This document shows, piece after piece, positions 59,401 through 64,000 of a DNA stretch of 64,000 nucleotides. The notes beneath the pieces are model-generated. The model was given only the letters and a program-made list of their open reading frames with translations. It was not told where the DNA came from and searched no databases. The stretch is from IMG/VR virus record IMGVR_UViG_3300048549_001527. The stretch is one strand, 5' to 3'. Made by a program: the position numbers and the translations under genes. The DNA comes from a virus (taxonomy: Duplodnaviria; Caudoviricetes). How positions within the stretch are numbered: position 1 is the first letter of the stretch; each line of letters opens with the position of its first letter.

Positions 59401-62400
59401 TATATGGTATAAGAAACGCGGGTGTTGACTTATATTATAACGGGGCGGTTCAGCTTGAAACTGAAAACGGATTTGGATACGCAAGAAACCAAATGCGTTC
59501 ACCGATCTTTTATGACTCAAACAATACTTCTTATTATGGCGACTTTGCAAGTCTATCTAGATTTAATGCTGTTAACCTCAACACGTTACAATTTAATGGT
59601 TTAACATTCACAAACCCAGAAGTTGGTATTTGGTATGAATATGCGTCAAGCTATGGTAGTGGCTATAATCAACTCTATACTCGCTTAGGGCGTCAGCAAA
59701 ATTCTGATAGAACTACAATCATTGAATATTATTTCACTCAAAACTGGAATGGTTTTGGGCAAGTTGGTGGTAAAATTTATGTTAGACGAGGTTCTGGAAC
59801 TAACAAAATGGGTATCACCCACGTTCCTAATGAAGTTAATATGTATCATACTACAGCCGGAAGTAATTTAGCAAATGCTCCTGAAGTATATGTTGATAAT
59901 TCTAATTACGTTTGGGTTGGTATGCCATATGGCGCAGACGCTGATGCAAAAATATATTTTAGATATGTACAAAAGGCTGGTTTTGAAGAAGGATTTTATT
60001 TCGGTAACCATTTTCAAAATTCTGCAATTACACAAACGAACGGCACCACCCTTGCCCACGCAGGACCGATTGGCCCAGGCATTCACTGGAATGTAGGTGT
60101 TGGTAATGCGTCAGCTGATTTTGCAGGTGGACCATATAGTTATGGAGGGTTTGGTTACCTTCACGCAAACGCAGTTTATGTTAGTGGAAATGTGCAAGCT
60201 CAAAACAATGCTCAAAGATACTTAGATTTAACTGGTAACTCTCATTTAACTAGTCTTGATCTGTTTGGCAATCTCCGCATAGATAACGGTAATGAAATAC
60301 GACTTGACACATCGAGTGGTACCACTCGTGGATACATTGAGGCAACTGAAACTAACGATGCGCATTTAATTATTGCTACATCAGGCGGCGAAGACATCTC
60401 GTTTAGAGATGGTGGAATAGGTGGTCAATGGAATATGATCGTTCGCGGAGACGGTGATGTTCTTACAAACAGAAACCATTATGCTCAGGCATTTTATGAT
60501 CGTAACGACTCGGCTCGCTACGTAAATCCAAATGGTACTTCTGAAATGGGTACTATACGAGCTGATCGTTTTGATATGCGTGATCGCGGCGACTTTATTA
60601 CTTTTTATGGTGATGATAGTACAAACCATTCTATATCATCTCGTAATAATGCCGGCGACGCATCTGACGATATTCGTATTAACACATACGGAAGCTTGTG
60701 GATTAACTTAGATTCAAACAACAATAATACTTCAGGCGCTGATTTTAGAATTGGCCGTCATGGTGGTGCAACTGGTGACATTGTTCAAACCGGTTTATTT
60801 GATGTTTACGGTGACTCGTTGTATGCTTACAGTGCTTATAGTTTCCGTTCACCAATCTTCTATGATAGTAACGACACAACTTATTATACAAATCCGGCTA
60901 GCACATCAGTAATGAACACGCTTGATGTTCGTAGCGAAGTGTATAATGATGGTTGGTTCCGTAACGACACAGGTGGTCGCGGTCTTTACAGCACAGCTCA
61001 CGCAATGCATTGGTATGCAACCGATGATAACTATTGGGATCTTTCTCATAACGACGATAACGCATCAATTGGTATTCGTCTAAGAGGTACTTATGATGGC
61101 ACAATTCGCGGTTATCTTTATGCCGAGTCTGATAACGATTTTGGTCTATTAGGATCACAAGGATCATGGAGACTTCGGGTTGTTGCCGGTGATTGGATTG
61201 ACGCTGCTGGGTCAAGTGTTCGTGCTAAAATATTCTACGATCGTGATAACACTGGTTATTATTTTAATGGTGCTTCAACTTCACGTTCGAACTATCACAG
61301 AATTAACAACCTATATGACTCACAAGAACGTAGATATACTGCCCCTAATGGTGGTCAATATACTACAACGACGAGCTCTGTAACTGGTGCAATTCGTATT
61401 AGACTGCCGACCAATCGGTTTAAATCTAATACAATGATGAAGTTTAAAGTTTCTGTTTATGAATACTCAACAGGTAGAACTCACGAATTTTTGATCTCTG
61501 GCTATAATAACAACAACACAAACCAACAATGGTACAACGTAGCTGCAACTCAGTTAACGGACGACAACCGAGGCGCCTACAATATTCGTTGGGGCGGTAA
61601 TGGAACTGATAACATTGTTTGGATTGGTGAAACCAACAGCTCTTGGTCTTATCCGCAGGTTCACGTTCAGTGGGTTGACGTTGGTTATTCTGGTTACTCA
61701 ACAAACTGGGGACAAGATTGGGTCATTGATTTTGTAACATCGTTTGATACAGTCCGCACAACCAGAATCGCATCTTTAGTTTATACCTTAAATAACAGAG
61801 ATAACTGGGCATACGATCTTCGTGGTACATTGTTTTATGATAACAATAACACCGGTTATTATTGTGATCCTAATAGTATATCAAACCTTAACGTGGTATA
61901 CGCAAATCGCATTCGCGTTGATGACGGCGGGACAGGCGGTCACATTTACACTGATGATACGTATTTAGATCTTTCATACGGCGCAACCGGTGGTGGAGGT
62001 ATTCGTCTATATGATAGCAATGATGACCTTCAAGGTTATTGGTACGGTAACGGTTCCGGCGAGCATGGCTTCTTAGATAATGATGAAAACTGGGCAATTC
62101 GAATTCGGACTGGATCCAATTCTATGCTGTTCTATACTGATACCAATAACGAATTCCAAATTCACACTACTTATACATATTCGCCGGGTTCTTCGAGAGC
62201 ACCTATTTTCTATGATAGTAATGACACAGCCAAATATACTAACCCTGCTGGCACCTCACAGATGTATAGGATTAGCCAGTTAGATCGTTTAACGTTTGTG
62301 AGTGGCCCATACATTGATGATGGAGATGAAGATAATAGGTTGAATTTTTATACTTCTGATACCGATAACGGCCAGTTTTATTTTACAGAAGCAAACGGTC

Positions 62401-63032
62401 AAGGTGGTAGAATTAGAGCTGACGATGATGGTTCTATTTTTGCATTGTATCATGATAATGGCGAAGCAATTCTTTACGCCGACCAAGATTATATTACATA
62501 CATTTATTATAATGGTACTTGGGAAGGTCGTACAAGATCTGGTTACTTTGAAGCTCGCGGTTCGTTCCGGGCGCCATTATTCTATGACCAAAACAACACA
62601 TTCTACTATACGAATCCTGCATCAACTTCACGCATAAATGCTCTAAACGCATACGGTGAAATTCGTTCAGATGAAAACATTATTGCTTACTACGATTATT
62701 CTGATATTCGTTGGAAAGAAAATGTTAAAATTATTGATAATGCTGTAAATAAAGTTAAGCAACTTGATGGTATTACATATAACTACATTGACCGTGAAGG
62801 AGAATTCACTGGTGTAATTGCGCAGCAAGTTGAAAAGGTTCTTCCTGGAGTCGTATATGACACCGAAGATATGAAAACTGGTAAAGAACGTAAAGGTGTT
62901 CGTTACGGTAATATGGTTGGCTTATTGATTGAAGCCACAAAAGAGCAACAAAAAACTATAGAAAATCAGCAAGAAGAGATTGACAAATTAAAAGAATTGG
63001 TATATAGTCTAATGGACAAGTTAGATAAATAA
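53430..63032 (+). CDS. Very long distal tail fibre with a C-terminal S74 chaperone (3200 aa)
   Basis: GTG start; FIVKNGL N-terminus; about 20 (R/Y)AP.FYD..NT.YY.(D/N)PASTS repeats; C-terminal YSDIRWKENV...A..KV.QL.G.TY...GVIAQQVEKVLP..V...V.YGNMVGLLIEA.KE. Confidence 0.9.
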   Translation: MANDKKFIVKNGLLTQENVVIGSTTDTGEKLQVTGTTKATGQVEITQATASPSLVVKNTNNTVGDQFVEFEGRTASLVLRDVGDGDYAWYNTSGATELKFNNNAGNGLEFSVGGNSKFQITTTQADFKIDPTVNGSTIWYANNDGAGSGLDADLLDGVEGASFVRSDEDDTMSGSYVITGNLTVQGVTTTVNSETVLIADNLLTLNSNYTGSTPTENAGWEVERGTLTNSSLQWDETNDWFKLISAGTDLGRIITTADEGSGNGFDADTVDGLEAAQFLRADADDTATGNITIEQVLTIGNNSGPARINFDGNGTNRSIYSTAGNIGFTNNSLSWSAYSDTNDDWIVTNDIYAKRFLDSDDNTFLVDPASTSKVNNIELAGNLSGAGGNTNDYITFASSTVQTHIDNTLRWTVGLTENVSNVIIKAPAYYDLNDVNYFLDPAGDSELKTILLDDYIIHRGDADTYMGFDAADAMTFVTGGTERFNLDNDSADFSVNVYAPKFIDSNNNTYFLDPGATSGPSLIVSQQIQGDDGTASIPGYGFEAGTSTGMYRSGADVLAFTQGGVNRFFVGFSSGAANYSLVDMRAPRFVDSDNTAYYADPASDSQMNTIDIDDYIRHRGDITTYIGFPTDGQISTFTNGAERMRTTDALTYFDQNVSVGTTSNSYTLDVYHATLDTIARFKSGDNRASIAVSDDDTTAYVLAENSLAHFGMTSFIDEANLVINADGNVGIGTVTPTEANLNLSTRSAATNNPFAAANKLLSLQDNDTEKSYWALDNSSNVWIIGNGEYLFSTTGASIGVTIDATNGELVVGDQNGTYATMDGTYEGVSISATPSPSANKLHVNGSVQLNSQTDVFAISAADGGNANINAATFLGVNELGFSAGGGFFMDDTTTIKTRGNKNIQTTGDMYAGRFYDDDNNNYYGDFASTSQMAQIDIDTYIRHRGDTNTYFGFEANDTFRIWTDGTQRFNIDNNSADFAVNVYAPIYFDSNNNTYYGDFGNTDVSIKMAGEILGGDGALATPTYAFNSQANSGMYKYAANVLGFSANGNDEFRVYSSYSLSPGSSRAPIFYDSDNTAYYTNPASTSYLYNAYIKGGHDDTRLQLWYPSATAANEAFLTLWASEPALTYHGAGIGANIDFNGQYYGRETAGQPYGVYLRFRPDIGEASLNTTIGTPDTAGAAQVKHFYVLPDGNVFARTSSRAPIFYDSNNTAFYTDQASTSLHNVQRVQQLQVDSATYTIDGVTGDYGSIKVSGDTGSYAGYAINDDWVFMATGSTSAGIFNDTRNEWVLQATDNSWTRLYANGVHQIGAENGYGYAPTQMRAPVFYDSDNTSFFANFAAGNTSTAISINGQISRTGFATGDVTTNKYLIAEDRNHWVWTPTNNWGIFWATTTSSLAHFGSANPNELTFVGNGDIKASIDLDNGNFYAKGEGTFSNIRISGGNEDLPLLKSYGSGLADTVLFDGTMYWEKRVIQAMQGTEDSATTSTADFVKSGIAPVASSYIIRTSGYRTFVSDYIEVEPGEELYGEIAARYVSGSGSTLYYGIERFDKDKNPIAANTGTTYFVASNVNVSSTSWTTYSGHTTIPTSHTAFSGSDGSGVKYVRIRLLMNYQTTGALREFGPPILKRTQVHSRLRSSNIYAPIMYDADDNNYYVDPNATSKMNVVDASNFRDRDNTAYFMNPQTGGRVSGPWDWSNGSIENLNNLSFNDPGPQEGIKWKGGETWQIYESPNDLTTNAGGNLQFTSSSLGTGAGTMRMRVETDGDVHAGNRMFATAFIDSNDTGFSANPASTSVFSKLHIGSTSNLGDGTDPDISTSIIQATSKIVTPRVVFLNDGTGDDNYIQHSDTNSAHTVAGQQMGAWFEFIGDKISATDSNSAGIVASGLKSRYGSFQNRLDAAIMYDYSSTSYYVDPASTSRLNTLRTNRLYPAYDNNSSVYFDYPSSYGTYGSVAVYGSGRSGYSGYSINNRYVFMSSSITNMGLYNDYDNEWMLYGIRNAGVDLYYNGAVQLETENGFGYARNQMRSPIFYDSNNTSYYGDFASLSRFNAVNLNTLQFNGLTFTNPEVGIWYEYASSYGSGYNQLYTRLGRQQNSDRTTIIEYYFTQNWNGFGQVGGKIYVRRGSGTNKMGITHVPNEVNMYHTTAGSNLANAPEVYVDNSNYVWVGMPYGADADAKIYFRYVQKAGFEEGFYFGNHFQNSAITQTNGTTLAHAGPIGPGIHWNVGVGNASADFAGGPYSYGGFGYLHANAVYVSGNVQAQNNAQRYLDLTGNSHLTSLDLFGNLRIDNGNEIRLDTSSGTTRGYIEATETNDAHLIIATSGGEDISFRDGGIGGQWNMIVRGDGDVLTNRNHYAQAFYDRNDSARYVNPNGTSEMGTIRADRFDMRDRGDFITFYGDDSTNHSISSRNNAGDASDDIRINTYGSLWINLDSNNNNTSGADFRIGRHGGATGDIVQTGLFDVYGDSLYAYSAYSFRSPIFYDSNDTTYYTNPASTSVMNTLDVRSEVYNDGWFRNDTGGRGLYSTAHAMHWYATDDNYWDLSHNDDNASIGIRLRGTYDGTIRGYLYAESDNDFGLLGSQGSWRLRVVAGDWIDAAGSSVRAKIFYDRDNTGYYFNGASTSRSNYHRINNLYDSQERRYTAPNGGQYTTTTSSVTGAIRIRLPTNRFKSNTMMKFKVSVYEYSTGRTHEFLISGYNNNNTNQQWYNVAATQLTDDNRGAYNIRWGGNGTDNIVWIGETNSSWSYPQVHVQWVDVGYSGYSTNWGQDWVIDFVTSFDTVRTTRIASLVYTLNNRDNWAYDLRGTLFYDNNNTGYYCDPNSISNLNVVYANRIRVDDGGTGGHIYTDDTYLDLSYGATGGGGIRLYDSNDDLQGYWYGNGSGEHGFLDNDENWAIRIRTGSNSMLFYTDTNNEFQIHTTYTYSPGSSRAPIFYDSNDTAKYTNPAGTSQMYRISQLDRLTFVSGPYIDDGDEDNRLNFYTSDTDNGQFYFTEANGQGGRIRADDDGSIFALYHDNGEAILYADQDYITYIYYNGTWEGRTRSGYFEARGSFRAPLFYDQNNTFYYTNPASTSRINALNAYGEIRSDENIIAYYDYSDIRWKENVKIIDNAVNKVKQLDGITYNYIDREGEFTGVIAQQVEKVLPGVVYDTEDMKTGKERKGVRYGNMVGLLIEATKEQQKTIENQQEEIDKLKELVYSLMDKLDK
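63024..63031 (+). promoter_or_regulatory. Possible late promoter variant (GATAAATA) overlapping the fibre stop
   Basis: NATAAATA box about 30 nt upstream of 63062. Confidence 0.5.
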
Positions 63033-63061
63033 ACTTATAATTAACAACGGAGAAAATAAAA

Positions 63062-63442
63062 ATGGCTTTTACATACGAATGGTCGGTGACCAACCTGAAG
63101 GTTAAGGATCAAGTTAACTCAGAAGGTGCTACACTTCAAAACGCAGTTGTCCAAACTCATTGGTCAGTAACTGGAACTGACGAAAATGGTAATTCCGCTT
63201 CCTTTTCAGGCGCAACACCATTTACCGCAGAAAACGTGCCAGCCGGTACATTTACGGCATTTGCAGATTTAACAGAAGCAAATGTTTTAGCTTGGATCCA
63301 AAATGTGGTAAATAGCGACGCAGGATATAAAGCGCATATTGACGAACGAATTCAATTTGAAATTGATAAAGATCTTGTAACTGAGATTGAAGAAGATTCG
63401 CTTCCGTGGGCTGCTGGTGGCGACGCCGAAGCTCCAGAATAA
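63062..63442 (+). CDS. Small fibre-associated protein, paralog 1 (126 aa)
   Basis: Y.W.V..L...AVV..HW..TGTD..G....F.G....F..F.DLTE..VL.WI pattern commonly found after fibre genes (recall); SD GGAGA. Confidence 0.75.
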   Translation: MAFTYEWSVTNLKVKDQVNSEGATLQNAVVQTHWSVTGTDENGNSASFSGATPFTAENVPAGTFTAFADLTEANVLAWIQNVVNSDAGYKAHIDERIQFEIDKDLVTEIEEDSLPWAAGGDAEAPE

Positions 63443-63459
63443 GAAGAGGTACTTAATCC

Positions 63460-63792
63460 ATGGAATATACTTGGAAAATAATAAAGTATAGGACTAGGGA
63501 CGAGGTAAATGCTGACGGCATTACTCTTTCAGATTCTGTGGTGTCAGTAGATTGGAAAAAAACCGGTACTGCGCTTAACGGGGTATCTTCACGTTATATA
63601 GGAACAACTGACATATCGGCTGCTAGCACTGCAGCGGCCGATTTTGTTTCTTTAACAGATATCACTGAAGATCATTTAATTGGATGGGTTCAAGAATCTT
63701 TATCATCTGAAGATGAACACGTCATAAATGAAACTTTAGCTAAAAAAATTGCAAAAAAGAACGACGTAAAACGCGCCGCGAATTTTAGCTAA
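63460..63792 (+). CDS. Small fibre-associated protein, paralog 2 (110 aa)
   Basis: Aligns by eye with 63062-63442 (YTWK...D.VN.DG.TL...VV..DW..TGT..NG....Y.G...F....D.TE.....W.Q); SD GAGG. Confidence 0.75.
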   Translation: MEYTWKIIKYRTRDEVNADGITLSDSVVSVDWKKTGTALNGVSSRYIGTTDISAASTAAADFVSLTDITEDHLIGWVQESLSSEDEHVINETLAKKIAKKNDVKRAANFS

Positions 63793-63821
63793 ATAAATTA
63801 AATTTATATTATGGAGGTACT

Positions 63822-64000
63822 ATGCACGAACTGCATACAGGTGGCCTAGTTAAATACGCATTACGCAGAGGTGGATCTATTCACCCGGTCATCGTCCCAG
63901 AGTCAGTTTTAGGTAACCAAACCGGGACGATGAATCCATCTATCTTTGTTCATAAAGATAAAATTCTTATGAACTTACGTCATATCAATTATATTTTATA
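63822..64000 (+). CDS. 5' part of a hypothetical protein (possibly glycoside hydrolase-like propeller), truncated by the window edge
   Basis: SD GGAGG, then MHELHTGGLVKYALRRGGSIHPVIVPESVLGNQTGTMNPSIFVHKDKILMNLRHINYIL... open to the end. The NPSI...MNLRH motif resembles five-blade propeller hydrolase starts. Not in the ORF track. Confidence 0.65.
   Translation, partial: MHELHTGGLVKYALRRGGSIHPVIVPESVLGNQTGTMNPSIFVHKDKILMNLRHINYIL

Noticed and set aside
51096-63032. Diversity-generating retroelement, suggested by the Mtd-N-like N-terminus and internal fibre repeats
   Set aside because: No reverse transcriptase or avd-like gene is in the window. The duplicated block I compared base by base (54901 versus 56356) differs at all base types, not only adenines, and no non-coding template repeat was seen.

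Overview
The whole window is the tail/baseplate/fibre module of a T4-like myovirus. The gene order and large repeat-rich structural genes resemble marine cyanophage/pelagiphage-type T4-likes; the host cannot be determined from the sequence. Left end (2-741): four small + strand ORFs ending at a bidirectional terminator. 775-5486: a minus-strand block of gp29-like tape measure/hub, gp51, gp26, gp54, gp2 and gp4. Interlocked TATAAATA late promoters at 5506-5529 then drive a long + strand operon: gp48, split gp53, gp27-like hub, gp5 with a C-terminal lambda-R-like lysozyme domain, an M15 peptidase fusion, gp25, gp6, gp7 with a dockerin-like insert, a gp9/10-like protein with a cupredoxin-like domain, an S8 protease with a ~316-aa nested domain, gp8 and a VrlC/DUF4815-like protein. 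About 35 kb of fibre-type genes follow: a short S74 fibre with a Gly-rich partner, a 3541-aa repeat protein, a 1545-aa Gly-X-Gln collagen with S74, and a 1298/765/3200-aa fibre series with two paralogous small proteins. I saw no CRISPR array, tRNA/rRNA, integrase, reverse transcriptase or defence system. The best candidates for something undescribed are (i) a baseplate carrying several enzyme or metal-binding modules and (ii) a modular multi-fibre apparatus with apparent head-to-tail adaptor motifs. All family calls come from motif recognition by eye, not from database searches.
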